From assembly GCA_043781255.1 (NCBI GenBank), contig JAYWBQ010000043.1:1-61551 (forward strand): a DNA stretch of 61,551 nucleotides, read 5' to 3'. Source of the stretch: Minisyncoccota bacterium (GTDB taxonomy: Bacteria > Patescibacteriota > Minisyncoccia > Phycocordibacterales > UBA5272). Under the pieces are notes generated by a model. The model was not told where the DNA came from, made no database searches, and saw only the letters and a list, made by a program, of their open reading frames with translations. The translations under genes were made by a program, and so were the position numbers. Below, one piece after another: positions 38,694 through 47,814 of the stretch; within the stretch, counting starts at the first letter, position 1, and the number at the start of each line of letters is the position of its first letter.

Positions 38694-39632
38694 TTAATAG
38701 ACTCGTATCGGCTCAAGCGAGGATCTTCCATCTTTGGGAGTAATCAAATTTATTACGTCTGGGTTTTCTTTATGCATAAACTTACCATTTGTAAAGTTTA
38801 AATATTGTATGGTTGACGCCTTTGGATAAATTCTATTTTCAAATTCATTTTTTTTCTTAAGTTCCATTTCGGATTCTTTTTCATCAGAGCACCAACTAAA
38901 TTTATTTGTACTTATAATAATGTTTTGCAATAAATCAAATGTCAAAAAAGTCTGCCAAGCACAGCCGCCATCTCCACTTCCTTTTGATAAAATTATTTTA
39001 TTTCCATTCAGAGTAAAGCCTGAAATAGTATTTTCTTTAATACCAGATGCGAGTTTAGTACTTGTCCCACTAGTAGTGTTAAAAGTTTTTAGCACATTAT
39101 TACATGTACCCATATATACATTACAGAAGGGTCCAGACAAATAGTATATAAGATGACCCCTTATAAAAAAATCTGACAAAAACTCTTCTTTGTTTAAACT
39201 TAATTTTATTTGAGACACTTTAGCAATATCACTATTTTCTATCTTACTTAGACCTCCATCTTTATTTATAAAGTAAACAGTCTGATCATGATACACAAAG
39301 TTACTTGCCGGATAAACATCTCCTTTAGCTCCAGACATATGGATCAACTCTTTACTTTGAGAGTTAGGTGCCTCCATAAACTTTAAGTCAACTTCAAGCC
39401 CGTTATCATTATCATGATTCCAATTATTAGTGTTTGTATATTGAAAATATATAACTCCATTTTTATTAATTGTTCCAATATTTATTGGAACAACATTAGA
39501 AGACGATGCTTTCTCAATAATCTGAGTAACTTCACCTCTAGGTTGCTGTATTGTGGTTGGAGGAAAAGTGTGACCTACTAATCCTGAAAATAAAGCAATA
39601 ATACTCGCAAAAAATGTAGCTAATGTGTTCAT
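38694..39632 (-). CDS. Hypothetical secreted/anchored beta-rich protein (312 aa)
   Basis: N-terminal hydrophobic signal/anchor MNTLATFFASIIALFSGLVG. No family recognised. Confidence 0.6.
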   Translation of the reverse strand: MNTLATFFASIIALFSGLVGHTFPPTTIQQPRGEVTQIIEKASSSNVVPINIGTINKNGVIYFQYTNTNNWNHDNDNGLEVDLKFMEAPNSQSKELIHMSGAKGDVYPASNFVYHDQTVYFINKDGGLSKIENSDIAKVSQIKLSLNKEEFLSDFFIRGHLIYYLSGPFCNVYMGTCNNVLKTFNTTSGTSTKLASGIKENTISGFTLNGNKIILSKGSGDGGCAWQTFLTFDLLQNIIISTNKFSWCSDEKESEMELKKKNEFENRIYPKASTIQYLNFTNGKFMHKENPDVINLITPKDGRSSLEPIRVY

Positions 39633-39803
39633 GTATAAAGTTTAGCATGATAGAGTTGATTTTTTCTCAAAATACATTCAGTATGTTGATATTATGGACA
39701 CCTCCTTCAAACTTCAACTCGAAAAGCTCTATGATCTAGCGACTTCCGCGACCGCTACCACCAACTTCTACAATCAGGTGTATACAATTCGATACAGGAG
39801 ATT

Positions 39804-40113
39804 CGGTCACCAAACATATCTTTTCCTTTTCGTCCTTTGGACTGAAGAAAAAGACTATTTCGCGACCCCGAGAAAAACCGAAAAAATTATTATTCAAAAA
39901 TACTGCACCCAATTTTTGAATAATAATTTCGTAGACCGGTTTTCCATTCGACTCCTCACGCACGACACGCAGGTGTCGTCGGTCACCAAATTGGTATTTT
40001 GTTTCGTAACTTCGTTACTTACAAAACACTCAATTTCGCGACCCCGGCTTCGACGTCACAGTTTTGACTACAAAACTGGCTTCGCGACGTCTCAGTTCGA
40101 CTCCTCTATCACC
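39804..40113. repeat. Degenerate tandem duplication (~176-bp unit x2), each unit ending in a tRNA-3'-end-like ttcgactcctc
   Basis: cggtcaccaaa at 39804 and 39980. Identical atttcgcgaccccg at 39857 and 40033. ttcgactcctc at 39947 and 40096. Confidence 0.65.
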
Positions 40114-40160
40114 TCACAAACAACAATCACTCAAAGCTCTGCTTTGAGTTCATATGTTTG

Positions 40161-40233
40161 TGGGCGATAGAGGAGTCGAACCTCTGACATCCACAACGTC
40201 AATGTGGCGCTCTACCAACTGAGCTAACCGCCC
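40161..40233 (-). tRNA. tRNA-Val (anticodon GAC)
   Basis: Manual cloverleaf: GGGCGGU/UA/GCUC-AGUUGGUAG-AGC/G/CCACA-UUGACGU-UGUGG/AUGUC/AGAGG-UUCGACU-CCUCU/AUCGCCC/A. CCA is not encoded. Confidence 0.9.
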
Positions 40234-40436
40234 GTATTTATATTTATTTCACCGACTCACTCTGTGCACGCTTATCAATCTATTTATGGCCAAGCCATGA
40301 ATCTGCTGATTCACAACTGCTTCATGCGCTTGCTAGCTTCGGAAGTCTTCGCGGCCGAGCCGTCTCGCGTCGAAAGCCTGTTGGCTGTTCGACATCTTCG
40401 CGGCCGAGCCGTCTCGAACTAACTGCCTCGATGCTT
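40234..40436 (-). other. Conserved structured element upstream of tRNA-Val (copy 2 of 2)
   Basis: Minus-strand sequence gcagttagttcgagacggctcggccgcgaagatgtcgaa...gaatcagcagattcatggcttggccata...cgtgcacagagtgagtcggtgaaataaatataaa aligns with 3866-4057. It carries an internal extra copy of cgagacggctcggccgcgaaga. Confidence 0.5.
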
Positions 40437-40548
40437 CATACTATATCATAATCTTAGTCCTATTCCCAAGTTGAAATAACCATGTTTTTATGGTAGTATT
40501 GTTTTTACTTATCCAGGTTGCTAAGAAGCAATTAATGATGACAAAAAC

Positions 40549-40620
40549 GGCCCCATCGTCTATCGGTTAGGACATCGGCTTTTCATGCCGGTAAGCGGAG
40601 TTCGACTCTCCGTGGGGTCA
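40549..40620 (+). tRNA. tRNA-Glu (anticodon UUC)
   Basis: Manual cloverleaf: GGCCCCA/UC/GUC-UAUCGGUUAG-GAC/A/UCGGC-UUUUCAU-GCCGG/UAAG/CGGAG-UUCGACU-CUCCG/UGGGGUC/A. CCA is not encoded. Confidence 0.9.
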
Positions 40621-42287
40621 CAAATAGCAACAAAGCGGTCGTTGAAGCACTCAAACCCTTTTTTGCACTTATAATTCAATGTGTTTTGGGAAACATAAAG
40701 TTCTGAAAAGATTACACGGATAATTCTTTCCTTTTCGTGTGGTTTTGCGAAATCATAATATGGAATAACATTTTTTACGAGTTCTGAAAGTCTATGAACA
40801 TCCTTCATTGTTTCGTGCATAGCGATGTCAGAAATATCTTCTTTCGTTTTAAGATTTGTTAGTTCATCATTAAGTTTTGTTTCCTCTTCAAGCAGTCCTT
40901 CAGGTGTATATACTCCTGTTTTTAGAAGTGTGAGTTTGTTTGAGTTTATGTATGCGAGATCTTCTCGTATCTTTTTCTTCTTTCTCTCCATTTGGTCCAA
41001 CTCTTTGTGTCTTTTCTCTTCAAGTAAAGCAATATCAGTACCAGCACAAGCATTCATTTGTTCAATTTCATCATCGGCAAATGACAAACTACTAATCAAT
41101 TCACCAACCTTACCACTAATGAAATCAAAGTTGAAGTTCTTGAAGGTGTTTTCACATCCACTCACACAACGTGAGTTGTAATACTGTATTCCTTTCTTTA
41201 TATATGGTGTGTATACACGTGCACAATGTTCACAACGTACAATGCCACGAAGAGGGCAATCAACTTTTTCTACATAGTGAATACTAACCTTCTTCTTTTC
41301 AAGCATCTTTTGAACATCCTCAAATAGATCATCAGGTACGAGTGCTTCGTGACTGTTACTTGGGATATATTTACCTTCTGAGTTAAGTATTCTTCCTGTA
41401 TTAAAACGATTTGAGAGTATTCTACTAATGAGACTTATATTTACAGGGCGTGAGGTTTTTTCTATTTCTTCAAACTCTCCTTCTTCAGAAAGTATCTCTT
41501 CTTTAGTTCTCCTTCGTCTCATAGGCACAGTCACCAATCCTTGTTCTTTTGCATAACGAGCAAGGTCAGATAAACTCCATTCACCTGTAGCGTAGTATTC
41601 ATACATTTGTCTGATAATAGGTGCACGTATTGGATCAAATGGCTTGTGGTCCATATTACCTTCATTGAGATACCCAATTGGCGCACGATAGGTGCACACT
41701 CCTTTTTCTCGTGAGTTTCTTGTTGAGATAGTGACTTTCTCACTGGTAACACGTGAGTGGTGCTGTGAGAACATTCCATCAATATCCATATGAAGTGCAC
41801 CAGCACTTGTTTTGTCGTAGTGTGCGTATACAAAGCGAAAATCAACACCCTTACGCATAAGCTTCCTCACGAGAGTATCATCACCTTTGTTTCTACTGAT
41901 ACGGTCCCAGCAAAGACACACAACACCTTTGAAATATCCCTGACTTACAAACTGAAGCATCTTTTGAAACTTTGGTCTGTCAATACGATATTGGACCAAC
42001 CCATCATCTGTGATGGTTATATCATTGTCTTCGGTGAAGCCAGAGTGCTTTTCAGAGATAACGCCATCAGCACAAAATCCCTTGATAGTAATGGGTGCAA
42101 TTGGAAGTCGTTCACGAAATGCGTAGCGTGTATTCTCTGACTTTTGGTATGAAATAGAGTTCTTTTGGTTGTCAGCTTCGTCTGTACTTTTTCTTCCGTA
42201 TGCTAAATAGTGGTCACGGTATTTACCGCTTAAAATGTCAGCTATCAAATCTTTTTCAGTTTTGACACTAGTTTTTTTCATATACAT
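40560..42287 (-). CDS. Large serine recombinase (resolvase domain, recombinase domain, zinc ribbon, coiled coil)
   Basis: AYGRKSTDEADNQKNSISYQ (catalytic Ser region), DRISRN, RAPIGYLNEG, CPLRGIVRCEHCARVYTP...CVSGC, coiled-coil tail. The last ~20 codons are antisense to tRNA-Glu. Confidence 0.85.
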   Translation of the reverse strand: MYMKKTSVKTEKDLIADILSGKYRDHYLAYGRKSTDEADNQKNSISYQKSENTRYAFRERLPIAPITIKGFCADGVISEKHSGFTEDNDITITDDGLVQYRIDRPKFQKMLQFVSQGYFKGVVCLCWDRISRNKGDDTLVRKLMRKGVDFRFVYAHYDKTSAGALHMDIDGMFSQHHSRVTSEKVTISTRNSREKGVCTYRAPIGYLNEGNMDHKPFDPIRAPIIRQMYEYYATGEWSLSDLARYAKEQGLVTVPMRRRRTKEEILSEEGEFEEIEKTSRPVNISLISRILSNRFNTGRILNSEGKYIPSNSHEALVPDDLFEDVQKMLEKKKVSIHYVEKVDCPLRGIVRCEHCARVYTPYIKKGIQYYNSRCVSGCENTFKNFNFDFISGKVGELISSLSFADDEIEQMNACAGTDIALLEEKRHKELDQMERKKKKIREDLAYINSNKLTLLKTGVYTPEGLLEEETKLNDELTNLKTKEDISDIAMHETMKDVHRLSELVKNVIPYYDFAKPHEKERIIRVIFSELYVSQNTLNYKCKKGFECFNDRFVAICDPTESRTPLTGMKSRCPNR

Positions 42288-42518
42288 TTACATTTGAGAA
42301 ACCTTCTTACGAATAACACCGTCCACAATTTCATACCCTTCAGACACCATTCTTCTATGTATTGATTTTAACACGTCACCGAGTTCTTCTAAAGCCAAAA
42401 GTGTGTCTTTTGAGAGTGGATACTGTGATACTACTTTTTGATTACGCAAAAGCCCAGCCTGACCCTTGTGAGGGTTAAGCTGTGACGTATTGTGTTGGTC
42501 ATTGTGTAGTATATCCAT
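42288..42518 (-). CDS. Small hypothetical protein (76 aa from MDILHNDQ; ORF extends to 42596)
   Basis: ORF abutting the recombinase start. The shorter start avoids overlap with the upstream gene. Confidence 0.4.
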   Translation of the reverse strand: MDILHNDQHNTSQLNPHKGQAGLLRNQKVVSQYPLSKDTLLALEELGDVLKSIHRRMVSEGYEIVDGVIRKKVSQM

Positions 42519-42543
42519 AGTGATAAACAGTCTCGTCCTGTCG

Positions 42544-43119
42544 TTACTTTTTGTATTGCGAAAACGCCCTAAAACTTTCATCATAGAGCTTCGCAATCTT
42601 CATTCGCTTCTTTGTTGGTTTCCCAGCGTGAGTGAACTTCACTGTCTTCTTGTGAAGGTCTTCAATCTTTTGGTCCAGCTCTATTACCTTGAAAAGTGGG
42701 TAGTATCTGTAGTTCTTGGTTACATTCCTTGAAGAATAAGTAAGGTCATAACAGTGTCTACATCCGAAATAATCACCATCCTTATAGAGCACACCAACAC
42801 GTCTACCACAAAACTTTCCACCTTTTACCAATGGGCATTCAAACCAGAAACGAGTACCACCAAAATGACACGGTGTTTCTATAAGTTGTACCTTGTAGTC
42901 AAAATCCTTCTTCTCTCCTGTGACGTTGTCTGTTTGGGTGTAGTGGAAACGAACATACTTTTCTTCCCAGATTGAAACATCTGTACCAACGCTTCCACGT
43001 AATCCGTTATCACCCCAAGAAATAGTAGTGCTCTTATAAGTTTTCTTGTAGATACCCATATCACGAAGTAGCCACCATATCTCTATCTTCTTGCACCATT
43101 CTACTTCTTGCTTGCTCAT
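42544..43119 (-). CDS. Hypothetical Cys-rich (zinc-ribbon-like) protein (191 aa)
   Basis: TPCHFGGTRFWFECP...CGRRVGVLY...FGCRHCYDLTYSS gives a CxxxxxxxxxC...C...CxxC pattern. Confidence 0.55.
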   Translation of the reverse strand: MSKQEVEWCKKIEIWWLLRDMGIYKKTYKSTTISWGDNGLRGSVGTDVSIWEEKYVRFHYTQTDNVTGEKKDFDYKVQLIETPCHFGGTRFWFECPLVKGGKFCGRRVGVLYKDGDYFGCRHCYDLTYSSRNVTKNYRYYPLFKVIELDQKIEDLHKKTVKFTHAGKPTKKRMKIAKLYDESFRAFSQYKK

Positions 43120-43169
43120 AGATTTTTATTTCTCGCCGAAATCAATAGAGTTTCTCCTGTTATCTGGAG

Positions 43170-43685
43170 TTACTTTTGCGAAACGAACCCACTCCCTCCG
43201 TCTACGTTTACATCAACCACAGCAGGGATTGGTACATCTTTACCAGTCCTTTTTGCTTGTAAACGTTCAAGTTCGTGAAGCGCTCTGAAAGTACTTCTTT
43301 CAATCGTAGTCTCGTAACGAAGAACCTTCTCAATGTTGTCATTGGTAAGCATATCCCTCACACTCTTTCTTTCTTGTTGCGTTTCAGATTGACCCATAGG
43401 GAATAAGTCAAAATCATTTTGATGCCATTCCATTGTGCTTCGTTCTACGATCACAGCACGCCTTAATCTCCATAGATTAGACACCACTCTATCTACGAGT
43501 ATTTCTTCTAGCATTCCTTCTGGTTCTAACGTCTCATAAAGCGAGTTTGTAAGCCCTTCAAGCGCACTTTTCTCTTCTTCGTCTATATATACCTCTTTAG
43601 TAAGTAAGCCGTGTTTAACAGCATTATAGCGTGATACAGCTTTACCTTCTTCGGTCTTTGGACCGCCTTTTGTTTGTGTTTCCAT
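43170..43685 (-). CDS. Hypothetical protein (171 aa)
   Basis: Intact ORF in a co-directional gene string. N-terminal GGPKTEEGKAVSRYNAVKHGL motif. Family not named. Confidence 0.55.
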   Translation of the reverse strand: METQTKGGPKTEEGKAVSRYNAVKHGLLTKEVYIDEEEKSALEGLTNSLYETLEPEGMLEEILVDRVVSNLWRLRRAVIVERSTMEWHQNDFDLFPMGQSETQQERKSVRDMLTNDNIEKVLRYETTIERSTFRALHELERLQAKRTGKDVPIPAVVDVNVDGGSGFVSQK

Positions 43686-43694
43686 ATGTGTAAA

Positions 43695-45071
43695 TTAGAA
43701 AATCTCTTGTTGCTTAATAATGTCTTCGCTAACGTTCACGTTGTTCACATCATTCACTTCTTCACCACGAATATCGGCATCAGTAATGCCGTATCTTTCC
43801 TTCCAAAAATCAAGCTTCTGTTTATTAGTTTTGAACGAGAGTACATACCCACGGTTTCGTCTGTATGGTTTTAGTTGCAGTCGCTTTCGTAGATACCAAC
43901 CAACCTTTCTTGCTGTAAGGGTTTCTCCATCGTCATCAATCTGGTCATTTACACTCTTTGCAATTTCCTTTACAGTTACTTCGTAACCCATCAAGTCGTG
44001 TTCAAGTTTGAGAATAGCGAAGACAATATCACTCTCCCAAGAAAAACCTCTGTCGGACGTAAGCTCGCCATTGTACTCAATAATGAAATTTTTCAATTGC
44101 TCACGTGTTTCTTCCTTTTGAATGATTGAGAGTAGTGGTATTACGATCTGATTAAGTCGTGGGTGAATACCTTCAATGAGTTCTTCACGGTAAACCACAG
44201 GGCTGAAATAGTTCTTTAGTCTCCACATAAGTAGCTTATTGCGTATCATTTCAGCGTCTTTGTAGAAGTCAGCCTTGAGTGTTCGTGGTATATCAGGTCG
44301 CAACTTGCCTATACCCATTTCTTCTACAAGAAATCTACTCTCAAGTGCCTTGTCTGAAAATGTCTCTCTTGTAGCAACAACTTTTGGACCAAAAACATCA
44401 AACGCTTTTAAGTCCTCCATAGTTTTACCTCCCATTCGTAAGACGTTTCCTCCTTTTTGATAACCGCCATTTAGTATCTTTATAATATCTGTCGTCATAT
44501 CACTAAACTTAAGATCAGCTTCATCAAGTATCAGGGTGCCTCTACCTTCATCTAAAACACGAAAGATTGGCGCTGTAGTTGTTGCTCCTCCAGTAAACGT
44601 TGGTTTATAGCAAAGAGCACCAATTGTCTGAAGGAAACGAGATTTACCACTACCAAAGTCTCCTATAGCACGAAGATACGGCACTTCATTGAACTTGTCA
44701 TAAAGCCAAGTAAAGAGAACGTAGTAGGTCGCTATCTGTTCGTAGGTCTCTGTGATGTCTAGGTACTTGTGTATGAATGCTCGTATTTCTGTGAGTATTT
44801 CTTCTTCATTTTTATAAGGGAAAGCCATAGAAGGAAACAATATGACGTTCTTATCAATCAAGTTATATGTCGGTGGGTACGGTTTGTACTTATCCTTTCC
44901 AACTGTTGCTTCTTCAAGGTAGAACTCCATTTGACCTCGTGTATCTATCTTGATGTATGATGTCGTGTTAGTTATACGGTCATATATCATCTCGTATAGT
45001 GCATCATCCGTGACCACAGTACTCTTGTAATTTGTCTTCTCTTTTTTAGGTTGCTCTTTTTTCATAATCAT
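43695..45071 (-). CDS. P-loop NTPase, plasmid/phage replication-helicase-like
   Basis: Walker A GDFGSGKS and Walker B LILDEAD. The exact family could not be assigned by eye. Confidence 0.5.
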   Translation of the reverse strand: MIMKKEQPKKEKTNYKSTVVTDDALYEMIYDRITNTTSYIKIDTRGQMEFYLEEATVGKDKYKPYPPTYNLIDKNVILFPSMAFPYKNEEEILTEIRAFIHKYLDITETYEQIATYYVLFTWLYDKFNEVPYLRAIGDFGSGKSRFLQTIGALCYKPTFTGGATTTAPIFRVLDEGRGTLILDEADLKFSDMTTDIIKILNGGYQKGGNVLRMGGKTMEDLKAFDVFGPKVVATRETFSDKALESRFLVEEMGIGKLRPDIPRTLKADFYKDAEMIRNKLLMWRLKNYFSPVVYREELIEGIHPRLNQIVIPLLSIIQKEETREQLKNFIIEYNGELTSDRGFSWESDIVFAILKLEHDLMGYEVTVKEIAKSVNDQIDDDGETLTARKVGWYLRKRLQLKPYRRNRGYVLSFKTNKQKLDFWKERYGITDADIRGEEVNDVNNVNVSEDIIKQQEIF

Positions 45072-45087
45072 AATATGTTGGCAAACA

Positions 45088-45378
45088 TTACTTCTTAAAA
45101 AGAGAAAACATTCTTGATTTCAAGTTCTTTCTGTGGTTTTCATACTCAAGAGGGTCAACTGAAACTCTGTGTTGCCAGTAGCCATCAATTACAGAACCAA
45201 TTCCTCGTGCTAGACGAAACACGAAGATGTATTTACTATTGTATTCTTGGTCTATGGTTGCCAGTTCATAGGACTTGCATATCAGTGTTACTGAAAGAGG
45301 AAAGTCGTTAGTATAAAAGTAGTTCTCGTGGTCATCCAATGGGATAACCTCAATATCGTTGTTGTTATTCATAATCAT
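45088..45378 (-). CDS. DUF5659-like small protein (96 aa)
   Basis: FYTNDFPLSVTLICKSYEL...IFVFR...VDPLEYENHRKNLKSRMF resembles the phage-associated DUF5659 pattern as I recall it. Confidence 0.45.
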   Translation of the reverse strand: MIMNNNNDIEVIPLDDHENYFYTNDFPLSVTLICKSYELATIDQEYNSKYIFVFRLARGIGSVIDGYWQHRVSVDPLEYENHRKNLKSRMFSLFKK

Positions 45379-45421
45379 TTACATTGGTGTTGATATATAA
45401 AATGTGCTTTTCCACCAAAAC

Positions 45422-45450
45422 AAAAAAGCTACTTAAATGTAGCTTTTTCA
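45422..45450 (-). terminator. Intrinsic terminator after the TPR/wHTH gene
   Basis: aaaaagctac-ttaaat-gtagcttttt, with a T-run on the minus strand. Confidence 0.7.
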
Positions 45451-45468
45451 AATTGCTTCAACTGAGGA

Positions 45469-47667
45469 TCAACTTGGTTCAACTATTTTCAAATCATTCA
45501 CATATTCAAGTAATACGGTTACTTTTGAACCAGAATACAAAAGCAAATCACTTCTAAGACCAAGTCCTCTGAGCTTTTTGTTTATATTTTTGACAGCATC
45601 ATAAATGGTCCGAGTACCATCCGATCCTATTACATCCAAAAGGTCTTGCTCAAGATGTGCAGATTTTGGGTTACTAAAAATTTCCCTAATTATTTTCGTT
45701 ATATTATCACCATTTCTTAATTGAAGCTTTTTCCCATTATAAATAACGAGGTCTCTAACTGAGTGATATTCAATAGACTTGTCTTCTTTGACAGTGTCTA
45801 GTTGGTTCATCTTGCTTTTTTCCCCTGGAACAGAAGTTTTCTTTTTTGTTACAGCAAACAGTCGTTCTTTATTTCTATTCACTGTCGCATCTTTGCCTTT
45901 TGCTAAATTATAAGCTTCCATAATAATATCCTTTGCTTTCTTCAAGTCTCCTTCTCCTTCGTAAATAAGTGCCAAATTATTTAACACGGAAGATGTTTTA
46001 CCACTCTTCTTTATATAAAGTTCGTAACAATTTTTTGCTTCCTTAGTGTCACTTTCTTCAACTAAAGAATAGGCAAATTCAAACAGGTACTCTTCAGGCA
46101 AGGTAAGTTTTTTATCATTAAGAAAATGATATATTTCAGCAACAATCTTATAATTTTTTATAGTCCAAAAATAATCAATCACTTCTGGAAGTTCTTTTTC
46201 AACATAGTTTTTAACTTTACTTGGGTGATTTTTTTCAGATATTTCAGTAAGGTGCTTTATTAGGTTGTTTTGAAATTCTTTTGAGGTTTTACTTATTTCT
46301 ACAATATGTGCAACATATTGTTCCTCATCTTGTGTGTAGTAGGACCTTATTTTATGTTCGTATGCTTTATCATATGAACCAAGTGTGTAATAAGCATCTG
46401 ATAAATAGAAATTATATTCAAATTCTTGACTGTAAATCCTTACAAGATCAGGCAATTTTAGATTTTTAATAATAGAGGAAGCATCTTCTTTTGTTAGGTT
46501 GATTTTTCCTGCAATAAGAGAGGTTTTGTAATAAATAAGAGAAGTTTTTTGATTATTTGTAAGACTTATTTTTTCTAGCTGACTGATAAGGTCAATTTCT
46601 TTATCTGCTATGTCAAAATTACTTAATCTTTCATACCCTTCATCTTTTAATTTTATTGGTTTAAGAGAAAAAACTAAAGAAGAAGCAATATCTTTTTTAT
46701 TTTGTTCTAACAGAGAGAGGGTGTAAAAAATGGTAGATGATTTTGTACACTCACTCTCACTTTCTTCATCGTATACCAAAGCTTTTTCAAAAGATTTTTC
46801 TGCATTAAGGAAATCTTTTTTATAGAATGCTATCACTCCTTCAAAAAAGGACTTATTATAACTACCGTGGAAATATCTTATTTCATCATCACGTAAGTTT
46901 TCTTTCGCAGTATCAAACTCACCAGCCTTTACACAACTTTCAATAAAATTTGCATAAGTAATTGCATCATAAGGGAAAGAGTTATCTTTGTGTACAACTT
47001 TTAGATTTTTAATATAAATATCAATATATCTCTTGTATTCTTTTTTTGTAAAACACTCATCTAGAATATAATGAAGATATGAATAATTACCAGTTTCTAA
47101 AAAAGCTTTTTCAGCTAAAAAGAACCTTCTTATTTGATTATTTTCGTGTCTAAAAATAAGTTCATACGTGCTCCAAAGTAGGTGTTTTTCTGTTCTGAAA
47201 ATCCTCCACAATTCTTCATAAACAGGCAAGCTGTGGTAATCTGCTTTACTTTCAATACAACAATACAAAAACATTTCAAAAATCCTTTTATCAAAAAAAT
47301 CTTCCCTATCTTTTCTAGTATAATCCTTTGATTTTATAAAAAGATTAAGAGGATATTCTTTAAGAATGCTTCCTTTTGGTGTATTAAACCATTCATACTT
47401 TGTTTGTAAAAGAACATAAGTATAAAAAATAACTTCTTCGTTTGAGTACTCTTTACGAAGGTCTAGAGTTTTAACTATAGGATTTTTCCCTTCAAACTTT
47501 ATCTCAATCTCATTCTTGTTAAGTTCTTTTACTTTTAGAACAAGGTTGGCATATTTTTCTTTAACTTTTGTTTTTACAGGAAAGAAATCTTTAATCTCTT
47601 CAAGGAGATCAAGTGGTATAGCAACCTCAAACTGAGCATATGTATCTTCTTTTTTAAGATTGTTCAT
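45469..47667 (-). CDS. Large TPR-like helical-repeat protein with a C-terminal OmpR/PhoB-type winged-helix-like region (732 aa)
   Basis: Repeated A/Y/F-rich helical pairs (AYYTLGSYDKAYEH, LALIYEGEGDLKKAKDII). The C-terminus ITKIIREIFSNP...LLDVIG...TIYDAVKNINKKLRGLG resembles trans_reg_C. Confidence 0.5.
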   Translation of the reverse strand: MNNLKKEDTYAQFEVAIPLDLLEEIKDFFPVKTKVKEKYANLVLKVKELNKNEIEIKFEGKNPIVKTLDLRKEYSNEEVIFYTYVLLQTKYEWFNTPKGSILKEYPLNLFIKSKDYTRKDREDFFDKRIFEMFLYCCIESKADYHSLPVYEELWRIFRTEKHLLWSTYELIFRHENNQIRRFFLAEKAFLETGNYSYLHYILDECFTKKEYKRYIDIYIKNLKVVHKDNSFPYDAITYANFIESCVKAGEFDTAKENLRDDEIRYFHGSYNKSFFEGVIAFYKKDFLNAEKSFEKALVYDEESESECTKSSTIFYTLSLLEQNKKDIASSLVFSLKPIKLKDEGYERLSNFDIADKEIDLISQLEKISLTNNQKTSLIYYKTSLIAGKINLTKEDASSIIKNLKLPDLVRIYSQEFEYNFYLSDAYYTLGSYDKAYEHKIRSYYTQDEEQYVAHIVEISKTSKEFQNNLIKHLTEISEKNHPSKVKNYVEKELPEVIDYFWTIKNYKIVAEIYHFLNDKKLTLPEEYLFEFAYSLVEESDTKEAKNCYELYIKKSGKTSSVLNNLALIYEGEGDLKKAKDIIMEAYNLAKGKDATVNRNKERLFAVTKKKTSVPGEKSKMNQLDTVKEDKSIEYHSVRDLVIYNGKKLQLRNGDNITKIIREIFSNPKSAHLEQDLLDVIGSDGTRTIYDAVKNINKKLRGLGLRSDLLLYSGSKVTVLLEYVNDLKIVEPS

Positions 47668-47814
47668 ATCATTTACATTTACATTAGTGCACGAATGAAT
47701 ATCGTGAACGTTGTGAGCATTATAACACTTTAAGCTTTATAAAACCTCTTTTTTGTGGTATTGTAATAGTGCGCACAAAAAGAAGGGAAAGGGTCTTATT
47801 TTAATAAAAAATAT

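Noticed and set aside
39694-40170. 158-aa ORF
   Set aside because: It runs through the degenerate tandem repeats and into tRNA-Val. The sequence is low-complexity S/T-rich with no start context. Judged non-coding.
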